The translations under genes and the position numbers were made by a program. A stretch of 64,000 bases of DNA from Piromyces finnis finn (lineage: Eukaryota; Fungi; Neocallimastigomycota). Shown here one piece after another: positions 12,406-26,800 of this stretch. The stretch is taken from contig MCFH01000040.1 in assembly GCA_002104945.1 (NCBI GenBank), positions 434,001-498,000 of the forward strand, given 5' to 3'. The notes below the pieces were generated by a model. The model saw only the letters and a list, made by a program, of their open reading frames with translations. It made no database searches and had not been told where the DNA came from. Each line of letters starts with the position of its first letter. Position 1 is the first letter of the stretch.

Positions 12406-14540
12406 ATGTCAGAGAATAATAATAATTTGCAACAACAATTAAATATTTCATTACAACAACAAATAACAACAACAACACCAAAACAACAAAATGTTGAAAT
12501 GAAAAATACACAAACTACAAATACTGGAAAAAGAAAGAAAGCTGTAAGAGCTTGTTTTCATTGTCAAAAAGCACATTTAACATGTGATGATGGTAATTTA
12601 TTGAGATGAATAATAATTTTTATTGAATTTTCAAAAAGAATAATGATTTAAACATATATATATATATAATAACGTACAATATATATTTATATTTATAGCA
12701 AGACCATGTTCTCGTTGTGTTAAAAGAGGTATCGCAGATACTTGTACTGATGGTATTAGAAAAAAAGCGAAATATTTAAATGATTTAGATTTAAGTCCAA
12801 TAGGTAACTTAAATAAAAAAAAAAAATAAAAATTTTATAAAAATCTCTTTAAATAAATATATCAATAATATTCATTTTATAAAAAAAAATAGCTACTACT
12901 AGTAATCCAATAATATCAAATCCTTCCTTACTCGAAGATACAATAAAACAAGAAACCCCATTTTTAGCAGCTAACTCTGACTTATTATTACAAGGTATTA
13001 ATATATATATATATATTTGAATTTAAATTATAAAATTATTCGGAAATCCATTAAATATTTTCCTTTTGTTGATTGTTTAAAAATGGAAACTAAAATTTAA
13101 TAAATTAAAATTGAAATTTAATTTTTTATATTTTCTGTTGATAATAATAAAATATTATCAATATAATAAATAAATAAATAAAGCTGCAGCAAGTAGTTCA
13201 ACAACTCCACAAGTTTTACAAGCAGATGCAACAAAAGTTGATCCTTCAATATCAAATTTCCTTCCTTCAAATTTTAATTTTGGTTCAGAAACAGTAAATT
13301 TAGAATATTCAATTTTATCAAATATGATACAAGCTAATGCTATGAACAATACCAATTCTCCGTCATCACCATTTGTTTTACAAGATATAGGAATGAATAA
13401 TATTACACCAAATAACAATATTGCTGCATCAGTTCGCGACCCTACAAGATTGTATAATACCATTAATGGAAGTATGCTTCCTTCACCACTTAACCCAAAT
13501 AATCTTAATAGTACGACAGAAGTCTATGGAAATGTAAATAAACCATATGATTATAAAGAAGGTTTTCATCATCTAGTTAAATATGTCAAAGGATGGTAAG
13601 TTACTTTTAAATAATAATAATAATAATATATATTATAGCTAAAGTTATTAATATAACAATAGATGCTATTTTAAACATTTTTAAATATTAAAGATGTAAT
13701 AAAAATAATAATAATAGGAATCAAATATAAAATTATAAAAATTGTAATAGAATTATTATTTATTTAATATCTAATTCTTTTTCTTCTTTTAAATTATATT
13801 TTAAAAAGTATGGAAAAGAAAAATATATTACGTATTTGTAGAGCATTAGCTCAATTTAGACCATCATTTATGGCTATTTTAATTCATTTATCAGAGGAAG
13901 ATTTAATTTTCATGGAAAAATGTTTCCAACGTACTTTAACTGTAAGGGACTAATTTATATTTTATTAAATAATACAATCATAATGAAATGCTAATTTTCA
14001 AAAAGACGTAAAAATAACAATGATTTATTATTAATATATGTGTTTTAATAGGAATATGAAAAATTGATAAATTTTTCTGGTACACCAACCGTTGTATGGA
14101 GAAGAACAGGAGAAATTGCCTTAGTTGGAAAAGAATTTTCACTTTTAACGCAATGGCCTCGTGATCAACTTTTAAGTAAAAAAACATATATATATGAAGT
14201 AAGTAATTTTATTTTTATATATATTTATACTATGGAATATATATTTTATATACTAATTATATTAATCATATTGATAATATTCTTCTTTTTATTTTTACTG
14301 CGATATTATAAATTTAAAAAGTTGATGGATAATTCATCAGCAGTTGAATATTGGGAACAATTTTCATTGATAGCATTTGATACATCACAACAATGTGTTA
14401 TGACTACCTGTAATTTAATATCCCATCAAGGAACCACAGTACCATGTGCTTTCTGTTTCACTATTAAAAGAGATATATTTGATGTTCCATTGGCTATCGT
14501 TGGAAACTTTTTACCCTTATTTGAAAAATTTTCACAATAA
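12406..14540 (+). CDS. ERT1: Zn(II)2Cys6 + PAS transcription factor of the Ert1/Rds2/AcuK family, 7 exons
   Basis: [47 protein letters not shown] zinc cluster; [14 protein letters not shown]; C-terminal [36 protein letters not shown]...[19 protein letters not shown]. Confidence 0.88.
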
Positions 14541-15595
14541 TTTTTTTTTTATATCTTTCTTTTTTTCTACTACTTTGACGCTTTCAAAAATTTTGTAAAA
14601 AAGAAAATAACAATGACTTTATCATTTAGAACATTTAATTTTAGATTAAATTACTTTTTTTTTCTATTTTATTTTTCAATTTAATAGTAAATATATTAAT
14701 ACATCAGTATGAAATGACTTTAATAATATTATAATCTTTATAAAATAATAATAAATACTGATCTCATAAGACATTTGTATATAAACAAATAATATATATA
14801 AATTATTATTTATTTAATTATACTTTTTATAAAAAAAAAAAAAAAAGTAATATGCAATAAATTTTAAAATAAAAAATTTAGAATATTCTAATAATTATTG
14901 AAAAGGTTAATAAATTAAATTAAATTTTTAAACTAACCCTTTTTAATTATATTAAAGATAATAAAATCTTTTTTTTTACTCTTAACCATATTCAAACAAT
15001 GATGATAGCTTTAATGTATCGTTTTTAGTATTTTAAAGACCTTAATTTTCTTACTTTTTATACTAATTTCATAATTCCTATTGGTATTTATTACTATAAT
15101 AATATTTTTATTTTCATTTTATAAAATCAACAGTTATAAATTAATTTTGGAGTATTTTTGTTTCGACAAATTTAACTTTACTAATGTATTTGAAATAAAA
15201 AAAAAAAAAAAAAGAATAATTAATTTTTATTTTTATATATATATATTTTTTAATTTTTATAACATAAAAATACATTAGTTTTATATTATAAAAGCGTAAA
15301 GCAATATAAAAAAAAAAAAGTATAAAAATATATATATAATAATTATAAGTAAAGTAGATTTTCATAAAAATTATATATATTTATTCTATTCTATTATTAT
15401 AATTATAATGTTACAATCATAATTTTAATAGGGTTATGTTTAAATAAAATTTTAATACTATAATAGTTGGAATAGTATAATATTATTAGTAGCAAACCCT
15501 TTTTTTTTTATTTTTTATTTAGTATAACGATAATTTAAGAATATTTTATTATTTTATTTTAATATATTTAATATATCATAAATTAATTAATTTTT

Positions 15596-15600
<5 letters not shown>

Positions 15601-15648
<48 letters not shown>
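15601..15648. repeat. (AAT)n microsatellite, about 16 units
   Basis: Directly visible upstream of TTC1. Confidence 0.95.
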
Positions 15649-15654
<6 letters not shown>

Positions 15655-15856
15655 TACGTATTAAATTATTAAAAAAAAATTACTTTTATATATTAAATTT
15701 ATATAGAAACTATTTTTATTTTAGAATTTATTCGATAAAAAGAAAAAAAAATAATTAGAAATTTATAATAATTAACGATATCATTATCATTATTTTTTTT
15801 AATAAAGTGTACAAATTTTAAAAGCAATCATAATAAAATAAAAATAAAAAGTAAAA

Positions 15857-17597
15857 ATGTCTGATAGTGAAGAGGAATGGGCTGATGCTATTTCATGTAT
15901 ATATATATTCTAAAAAAAGGCAATAATTTAAATGAATACACTCTTAATTTATATAAATTATTATAATATTATCTATTATCTATTATCTATTATCTATTAT
16001 TATTATTATTATTATTATTATTTTTTTAGCATACCCTGATGAAGAATTTAAGGATGCAGTAGATGATAATATAGAATATTATTTTAAAAGAAATCCAGTA
16101 ATAGTTAAAAAATCCTTATTTACTTTACCAGAATATAATGAAGCTGATTCAGATAATGAAATTAATAACTCTAAAACTGGAAATAATATTAATAATAATA
16201 ACGATAATTCTATGTCTCATTCTAATAGTATAGAGACTATTAATAATAATTCTTTAAATGATAATACGGAGCCTTCAACAAATAAAAAAGAGCATTTATC
16301 TGCGCATAGACAACCACCAATTGATTTAAGAAAAGAAAATTTTAATATCACAAATATTATGGAAGAAGAAACTATGAAAGAAGCTTCTTCACAAGAAACT
16401 TTGCATGAGTCAGAAGAAGAAAAGGAAATAAGACAATTAGAAGAAGAAATTGATAAAATTCTTTCATGTTCCCCAGAAGAAATTGAGGTAAAATAAATAG
16501 GATATTCTATATTGACTAAATACAAAATACATTCTTAAAATACGTTATACTTTTATGATTATTATAGGTTTTCTTTATTAATCATAATTATATTTATTTA
16601 TTTAATCTCTTTTTATATATTTATATAATGAACTAAAATATATTTTTCATTATAATAATATTATTTTTGATATTTTAATATAATTATTCTAATAAATAAT
16701 AATGATAACGATAAATTATCCAACAGGGTTTAGTTAATGAGGCTAAAAGACATAAAGAATTAGGAAATCAACATTTTAAAGAAAAAAATTATATTAAAGC
16801 GTTAGATGAATATAAGCAAGCAACTGATATATGTCCACATTCTCAAAAAGAAGATTTAGCAATTTATTATAATAATATGGCTGCTTGTTACGTTTATATT
16901 GTAAGTAGAAATAATTTTTTTTTTTCGAAAACATAATATGACTTTTAAAATATAAACTAAAAATAATATAATAATTATGTTATACTTGAATAAATGTTTA
17001 TTTTATAAATATAAATGATACTATATTAACTTTTTATATTTTCTTTTTTTTTATTATCACCATCATTTATTTTTGACTATTTATTATTCTATTCTAGGGT
17101 ACAAATGAACAAGTGGCGACTTATTGTACAAGAGCTTTAGATTGTAACCCAAATTATGTAAAAGCTTTGGTTAGAAGAGCTTATGCCAATGAGAAAATAG
17201 GAAAATCATTTTCTATTTCCCAAGCTATTGAAGATCATAAAAAAGTTTTAGAATTAGACCCTGATAATAATAATGCTTCACGTAAAGCAATAGGAAGATT
17301 AGAAATAATGCTTAAAGTTCAACAAGAAAAAGAAAAAGAAGAAATGTTAGGTAATAATAAAATCTAAAGTATCAAATTCTTTTTATTAATGATATAAAGT
17401 TATTAATTTTTTCTTTTCTTTTTTTTTTAATGATATTTAAATTAATAAAAAAAAAATATATATATATAAAATTTATAGCTAAAATGAAAGATGTTGGTAA
17501 TAAATTATTAGGAAAGCTTGGCCTTTCTCTTGATAATTTTAATTTACAACAAAATGCTAATGGTGGTTATTCTATTAACATGAATAACTCAAATTAA
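15857..17597 (+). CDS. TTC1: Tetratricopeptide repeat protein 1 (TTC1)-like co-chaperone, 5 exons
   Basis: Acidic N-terminus; TPRs EAKRHKELGNQHFKEKNYIKALDEY, AILYNNMAACY, CTRALDCNPNYVKALVRRAYANEK; signature tail EKEEML-KMKDVGNKLLGKLGLSLDNF. Confidence 0.85.
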
Positions 17598-18679
17598 TTA
17601 AAGAGTATATATATAGTTTCATTTTATTTAATTTATTTATTATGTTTTTCATAATATTTTTCTCCTTATAAAAACGTATTTTCAAATTTAAACCATCATC
17701 CCCCTCTTTTTCATTTTTATTATAATGTAAATATTTAATAGTTTAAGCAAAAAAACATATTTTTAATGATAATAATAGCACATATATTAATAACAATATA
17801 ATTTATAATGCCATCTATTTAAATAAATAACTAAAAAATAAATATACAACAATAAAACATTTTAACTATTTACCATCAAAATAAAAATCAATTAATTTAT
17901 AATAAATAATTGGTTATTTTTATATGTTGTTATTAAAAAACTTTAATAAAAACTAGTTTTTATAACTCCACTTTTAAAATAAATATATAAATATTTGAAT
18001 TTTTCTCTCTCTCTCTCTCTCTCTTTTTTTTTTTTTTTTTATTTTTCTCAAACACTTTATATATATATATAGCTTTAAAATATCTTATACTCAATAAACC
18101 TAATAATTATTTCTATCATATTATCATATTATTATTTCAACACTACATTACATAATATTTTTTATTTCTTTTTTTTTTATTTTTTTTTTATTATTTCTTT
18201 TTTTTTATTTTATTTATTTTATTTTTTTTTTGCTATTGCTTTTACTTATTGTGTTTATTTAGTTGATTAAGAAATATTAAATAAATGTTTATAAATATAT
18301 ATATATATAATATTATATTAAAAAACAATATTATTAATTTTTCGTTTACTGAAGAATGTGTAATATATTTTATGATTTATTTATTAGTTTATATATATTA
18401 TTATTTTGTTTGATGGGTTTATATTATCATAAGAATATAAAACCTATGTTTTTTTTATTATTTATTATTATTTGCATTAAGTATTTATGATTATTGTGTT
18501 TAATTTATTAATCTTTAATCAAAAAGATATAAAACTAATAATTTATATTTAACAACTTTATAAAATTAGTTTTCAATCCCTTTATATATTTATATTTTTA
18601 TTATTTGATATAAAATTAATTTTTAAGTTGTTTATCTAAATTTCTATTGCTTATTTTATATTTTTGATATGAAAAACGC

Positions 18680-19181
18680 TTAAGCACCACTATATAATAT
18701 ATTATATATAAAATAAATAAAAATTAATATACACATATTTTCTTCTTCTTATTTATTTTTATTGTTTATACATACACAATGATGTTGTTAATTGGGATGT
18801 GGATAAGCTTAACAAAGTAACCAATGAAACCCATGATAAAGAAACCCATAGCAACAGCTCTTGAGATTTGAATGAATTCTATTAATTAAAAAGTAAAGTA
18901 AATATTTAATATACTGTTGATACCTTTTTTATACTCTGAACAAATCTTTTTTTTTTTTTTTATTTATTTATTTCACATATATAATTAAGTTTTCAATGTA
19001 TAAATGCAATTCCTTTGAATTGTTTATATTCTATTTGCCATTTAATTTAATTATTTATTTTTGTTTTCACATATATACCTCTACGATCTGGCTTAGTACA
19101 TCTTTGAATGAGTTGCTTAGCATCCTTGAAGTATTGCTTTTGTTCAGCAACAAAACCAGTTTCAGCGTTCTTTTCAACCAT
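18680..19181 (-). CDS. SSS1: Sec61 translocon gamma subunit; complement(join(18680..18689,18776..18878,19079..19181)), 71 aa
   Basis: Spliced protein [71 protein letters not shown] contains the Sec61gamma signatures CTKPDRREF and [19 protein letters not shown]. Not in the ORF track. Confidence 0.95.
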
Positions 19182-20865
19182 TTTTATTAATTATATTATT
19201 TATTTTATTTGTTTTTATTTAAAAAATATAGATTAAATTTTTAAATTTTATTTTTAAAAGATAAAAAATCTTAATGAAGAATTTTTTTTTTACTTTTTAT
19301 TTACTTTTATTTTTCTTTTTATTCTTAATAAATATATTTTATTAAAAAAATAAATAAGCTTATTAAAGCTATATTTTAATATTTATTTTAGACTTTTTTA
19401 TTATATTGTAGTATATTTCATTTTAATGATTTTAATTTATTTTTAATATTACAAATTTAATTAAATAGAATATAAAAGTTGATGTTATTACAACTAAATT
19501 AATTTTATTATTTAATATTATTATGTGTATATTACATAATATATAATAAGAAGAACACTATTAAATATATTTATAATATATTATACAATAAATGGATTAT
19601 TTAATTTATTAATAAATCTTCATATTATTAATTAGTATTTGGAAATAATAATGTATAACTATAATTAATGAATAAATTAATTAAAAAAATATAAATTTAT
19701 ATATATAATACATATAAAGTGTATATATACATTTTATTATATATCAATAATTGATTTTAATTTAACCAATCATTTCAACACACATATTCTTACTTTTTAA
19801 TGATATATATTAAAATAAGAGTGAATTTTATATTGATAAATTTTATAAATTAGAAATATAACACATAATAAATAATAATATATAATATAATTATTAAATA
19901 AATATAGAAACTAAAAATGATGATTATACCTTATTCAGTAATATTCTAATGGATTCTTATGGGTTATCCTTTTACCAAATGCTACGTATACTTAAAATGT
20001 ATACATTGTTTATTAGATACTGTTAAATTATTCTAATAAAAAAATTGTATTTAAATTGTTACATAAAAAATAACGCTATCGTGGTATATCTATATTTTAA
20101 CATTAATTATAATAGTTGATACAAGTTATTAATTTTTATGATCTCTTATTCCATGACGTATTGATTTATTGTATTTGAATGTTGTTATTAAGTTTTGAAC
20201 TAAACTATTATTAATAAAGTATTACAAATAAACTATATAAACCTAATTATTTATAAAAATATTTTGTAATACAAAGTAATACAAAAAACTTAATTATTCT
20301 AAATCAAGAGTGTTAATATTTAGAATCAAAGTGTTTTATGTTTATATAATTCAATAATGCTTTTTTTTTTTTAAGTTTATAGACTTTATAAAAATGTGGT
20401 ATTTGTGGAACATATATTTTTTAAAATTATATATATTTATTTATTTCAATAATAATAAAAAATAGATACAAATAAATTTAATAATTTACAAAAAATCAAA
20501 AAATATTGATATTATTAAAAAAAAAAAGAGAATAATTTTTTAAAGGTTATTTATAGAAATAAAAATTATTAAATATTTCTTATTATAAATTATTATATGT
20601 TTTAATGATAATGAGTATAATAATTATTTTAATTGATTAATAAATAAATAAATAAATAAATTAAAGAAAATGAAGATATAAAATGAGATAATAAAATAAA
20701 ATGAAATTATAAGATACGGGTATGTATTTTAAAGAAAAGATTTAGCTTTTTTCTTTTTTTTTTTTTTTTTTTTTAATGATATCATTTTAAAAAAAAAAGA
20801 AAATCGAAATAATTTTTCATTAATAATAATATAAATTATTTATGATAGATTAACTGCATGGTCAT

Positions 20866-23800
20866 TTAATGAGAATTAATAATTAAAATATTACTGATAA
20901 CTTCATCTAATAATTTCATATTATAATATTTAGCAATATGTTTAAAGGTAGTGAGCTGTACCATAAATTCATCATAATCTATATATAATTTATAGTCTCC
21001 TCCACAGTGACATTTACTAGAAATATTATCTCCTTTAAGACTACGACATTTAGTACATACCAAATCTTGAAGTTGGAAGGCCATGGCTTTTGTTTGAATA
21101 ATTTCTAAAAGACGATCTTCAATAATTCTTGGGTCATATTCCATTTTACAACCAGGACAACTCCAAAAAGTAACTGTGGAATTAGATATAGAGTGATTCG
21201 TTTTTTTCTTGGTTTGATTTTGATTATTCATTATATTAACATTTCCATTGATGTTTTCATTTTCATCATTACTTATATCATCACTGTCACTGTTACTATT
21301 ATTTCGGGAATTATATTGTTTTTTCATTTTTGCAATAAGGGAATGATAATCTTTTGAGCTTTCATTATCTTCATTTTCTCTGCATAAATCAATATCACGA
21401 CAATAATTACAATATTCACAAATAACTTGTCCTAGTTTAAAGGAGGTACATGGGTTTTTGAATTGAGCTTCTTCACTAAATTCACGAATATGAATAAGTT
21501 CCAAAAGATTACGCTTTAAAACTCTTACAGAATATTCTACTGTTTTATCGAGTGAGAGAACATAGCAAAAGTATTTAACAAATTCCAAGGTTGCATTATT
21601 TCTTTTTAAGTATGAACCTGGAGGTTCTGGAAATTCATAAAGAATGGCTTCTTCAGTATCATGACTAGTTTGGTATTTTTCATGAATGGTACTTACTTCT
21701 TCTAATAAGGCTCTTGTTAATCCACTACTGATTAATTTACGTTTGAAATCTATCTCTTCTTTAGAATTATTCTTTTTGGGTCCTTCTTTTTCGTTTTCAG
21801 CATCTGTCAAAATATTATCATTTTCTTCTATATTATATTTTTCTTTGGTTTTTTTCATACATACTGAGAAAAGATATTCGGAAAAGTAACGATCAAATAA
21901 CATTTGATATGCTATTGGTAAATACTTTTTAATATTCCATTGAGAAATGATACACTGGGCTCTCAATTGTTTATTCATGACCATATCAATAGTAGCATTA
22001 GGTGATAAACTAGTCATACCACCAAAATTGGCATAATCCATCCATATTAAGGTATCCCAACATTGTGTTGGATTTAATTCTAAACCACTGAAAAGTTGCT
22101 TTGAAATAATTGTTCGAATAACATATCCCATATGATTAATAGCATTAGCAACACTAGTTTTTGATGACATGATAATAATTTTTCTAAAGTTAGCATATAT
22201 AACCTTTAATCCAAGATTACGGAATTCAGCAAGAAGTTGCATAAAAACTTTTTTCATAATACCATGAATCAAATTAAAAAGAGCTGGATCATAAAGTTTT
22301 GAACTTGGACTGGTGATCCAACGATAAAAGTGTTCAATCATCATATCAGCAAACCTATTTTTTTTATCACGAACTTCGTTATTCCAGGAAATAATTAAAG
22401 TACGGAATAGTTTAAATGTTTGGGCAGAAATGGCATTTTCATCCATAACTTGAATCATAGAAGTTTGAATTAAATCTTTTTTATTTTCATCAACATTCAT
22501 TTCTGTATTATTATTATTATTATTATTATTATTAGAAATCATTGCTATATGATCATTTAGAGTATGTTGGGCCATTGAACTTTCAAAACCAATTGTACCC
22601 CCTCCTTCAATTTCATTAATAACATTAGCTTGTTGAATTGTGTTGACAGCTAAATTGATTAGATCAATTTCCATACTAATTTGATCATACATACCTGGAA
22701 CATTTATTTCCAAATTTTCTATTTCATCAATAGAATTATAATTTTCGTCATCTTCACGACTACCTAAATCGGGTTTGCTAGAAGGTGAATACCATAAAAG
22801 CATACCCTCTCTTTGAAGTCTTCTAGAAAAGAAAATATCTGCTAAGAAAATTGGATAATCATTTTCAATATTACAGAATGGTATATCAGCATATCTAGCT
22901 AATGCAATACGTTCAGTAAGCCAACCATTAACATTAAATAAATGTGACATAATTCTTCTACAAATTGGTCTTTGCCAGTCCAGAGCTGGGAATTGATTAT
23001 CCCGTTTATAGGATGAGATAAATACAACAGGGAAATCATTTATACTTGGAATATTTTCACCAAGTTGTTGCTGATTTAAAAATGATTGAATTATGAGAAC
23101 TGTAGGCTTGTGTCTTTCACTATGATACTTTGAAAGAATTTTCTGAATATTTTGGAAAGCCTTTTCTTTATCTCCGAAGATTTCAGATTGCCAATCAACA
23201 ATTTCATGATATCTAAAAACATTATCATCATTTATTTCACCACTTTTAATTTTGGCATTACGTTTTTCGCTATATAGTTTGGTCATATTTGGCATTTGAT
23301 TAATCTGGGAAGCATCAACAATATTAATATAAGCTTTAGCAGAATCGGTAGAATAAATACAAAATATATGACGACTGTCTGAATAAGTATGATATAAAAA
23401 TATATATTCAAGTGCTTCTTTATCATTTAAATAAGGTCTTTTTGATACATCTTCTGGTTGAAGATATTCCATTGAAATACCTTTATCAATGTTTCTGACT
23501 ACTTCACGGTTAACTCTTGTAATACAACCAATATCAATCAATACTCTATATAACAATGGAATTTGAGTTTCGTATACCCCTTCAATAGATGGATGACTTA
23601 TGAAACTAGATATAACTTTCATATTCTCTTTATATACATTTTCAGGCATTTTAAATTCGTAAAGGTATAAATTTTTGTGGGAACGAGGCAATATTTTATT
23701 AACTTTTTTAACACTATATAGGTTTTCAATTGAATTTCCATTTTCGTCTATTTCAAAACCTCCAGATGAAATTTCATTTCCTGTATATGGTGTCTTACTA

Positions 23801-26800
23801 TTAACATAAAATATTCTAGGTACTAAAAGTTTAATCATTTGAATTCTTCCATCAACTAATACCCATAAACGAAATTCTCCAGGCTTTTCGCTTTCTGTAA
23901 CGCTTAAAATTTCCCAACAATTAGACATCACAGCATAATTTTGTTTTTGGAATAAAGATGACAAAGCTCCCGAGTTCAATGAACTTTTAAATGAAGATCC
24001 ATTGGTTTCTTGAAGCTTTCTGCGTTTCATTCTATTAATTCTTTGTCTTTTCCATTTTTTCTTCATGTATTCTAACCAAGCTGGATAATCTGTGTCCATA
24101 TCTGGCATTTCACCTAAATCTTCCATTTTATCATCATAAATATCATCAACAGCCATAGAATCATCATTATTTTCTTCATTTGATTTTCTTTTTTTAACAA
24201 TTTGTTTTTTATTAACAATGGGTATAAATTTTGGTTTTTGAGTGTTATTATTTTCATTAATAACCATATCTTCCATATCACCAATTAATTCTTCTTGTGA
24301 TTTTGGTTGGTCATTAATCGATTCTGGACTATTAGAATTCTCTTCTAATAATTTTTTATTTTCTTTAGGTTGGACTTTGAACATATCAGTAATATGGTGT
24401 TGTTTTAATTTATCATCTCTAGTAACCAATCTTTTGAAAAGCCATTCTGGATAATGAATGCGAGGAACAGGATTGCGAACTTTTTGCATTGCTGCAGGAA
24501 TAGTGATTAATTTTTGAATTACAGATCCAAATCTTTCTAAATAATATTGCCAATCTAAAATAGATCGGATATCAAAATCTTGGAGATTACTGTCTTTCAA
24601 CCAACGCTTTAAGAAATATTTCTTTACGCTTGGTTCAGCTTGGAAAATAGCTACTGGAATAGCTCTTTCACTAACAGCGTAACCAGCTGGCTTAGCAGAG
24701 ATAATAAATTTACAAGCTAAACCCTTATCTTTAACCATTTGATCTCCAAGAAATTCCGCTAAACGTCTTGCTGTACTAATAGAAGTTGATTTCTGACTAC
24801 CATATTCTTCAAGAGATTTACTCATACTTCTATTTTCAGAAATTAATTCAAACAATTCTTCATCACCAACATCTTTTCCTTTACTAAATAATAAATCAAG
24901 CCACTGATCAGCAACTTTTGCTACAGAAGCATAACACTCTTCAAGAGTGTCACCCTTTAAGAAATTACTGAAAAGTGATTTTTGGAAAATTTTAATTAAC
25001 TTTAATTCACCACGTCTCTTAACTTCAAAACCTTTTAATTCGGCTAAAGAACCATTTGGGTTAAAAACAGCATAACGCTTTTTTAATAATTTATCTTCTT
25101 GTGTTGATGATGGAAGAATCATAGCACGATATGGACCATCAACTTCAAAGAAAATACTATTTTCACTTTTAGTTTGATATTCATAAGTATTTTCATTTAC
25201 AAGTGTTTGATATTGATGATTGGTATAATTATCATGTACTAAGTGATTTAACATTACACATGGATAAGATAAATAGTGAACTTTATCGTTTTTAAATTTG
25301 AATATGTAGTTTTCTGGGAAAGATTTTGGAAGAATACACCAAATACCATCAGTGTCCAATTCTAATGGGCGCCCAATTCTTTCTACTAATTGTCTGGCCA
25401 TTTGAATAATATTTGAACCAGTAAAACATACAACACCAGCCATTTCCATTGAATACCATCTCGAACCTTTTCTCATGACATAACCATAGAATGAATTTAA
25501 AATACATTTATGAGCTAATTGAAGGGAATCATATAAGACAACCATTTTTTTTGCTTTTTCAATTTCTGCATTAATTCCTGACTTCATAGCAGATGATAAT
25601 TCTCTTTTAGCTCTTTTCAGTAATCCTTTATATTCATAACGACGATCACGGAAATTTCTTACTGTATTAACATAAAATGGATGCTCACGCTGGCAAACAA
25701 TAGACTCACGCTCAACAACTTTAGTTTCTTTTTTTCTTTTATAAACTTTTTGACAATAATCACCAAGACGTTTATGAATTAAAGTGGCTTGCTCGGTTGC
25801 ATTTAACTGTGAGAAATCTCTTAGATTACCTCCTTTAATTTTAGGTGGGAATTTTTCAGTCATAAGTTGAGATTTTATCATATTATATTCTGCTCTTGTA
25901 CCTGGATAACATTCACCACGCCATTGCCATTGCATTCTTCTTTGACAATTAGATCCATTTTGATTAAAATCGCAAGAGGCACAATCTTTTTCAGATACCA
26001 AGGCATCAGGTTGTAAACGATTAGTCAAAATAATATTCGGATACATTGCACCAACATCCAAGTGATAAATTAATGGTGGTTCTTTTCTTATTGGGTTTTG
26101 TCTTAAATTAATTAATTTATTATAAATATCTTCTCTTATTTCTTCTAAGTTTAATACATCATCCATTGATTGCTTTCCTTCTACTTCAATACTAAATTTC
26201 AAAGCCTTATCTAAATCATTAATAAGTTTATCAACTACGCTAACATCTAAATTGAAATCATATGACAAATCACTTCTAAAAACGCCAGCTTCTAATGCTT
26301 CAACATGACCACCTACGTATGTTTCTGTATCAAGTAAATGACCTTCGTACATTTTAATTGCTGGGTCAATATGTTTATTAGGCATAATTACTTTTGCTAA
26401 ATAAGCTTGAACCATCAATAATGACTCACAAAGAGTACCAGAACCTTTTCTTAATACTTCATCTGGGCATAATGGAATAATGTTACATAAGGAGAAAATA
26501 AATGGATGTACATATTTCATATATAAATAATATGTTGCTACAGCATCAGATACAGAATATTGAGATAATGTTTGAGGCTGTTCAATTGCAAATCTTGTTT
26601 ATAAATATATGATTTTATAGATTTAGATAAATATTAATAGTTAGCATAAATATAAATAATTTAAATAATTTATTTTCATATTTAATTAATATCTTATATT
26701 ATACCTTGTCATATCTTCTGGATCAATTTCCATAGGATTATATCCTAATTTTGCAGTAGTGACAGCCTTATTTAATGATATTTAAAAATTAATTTTTATT

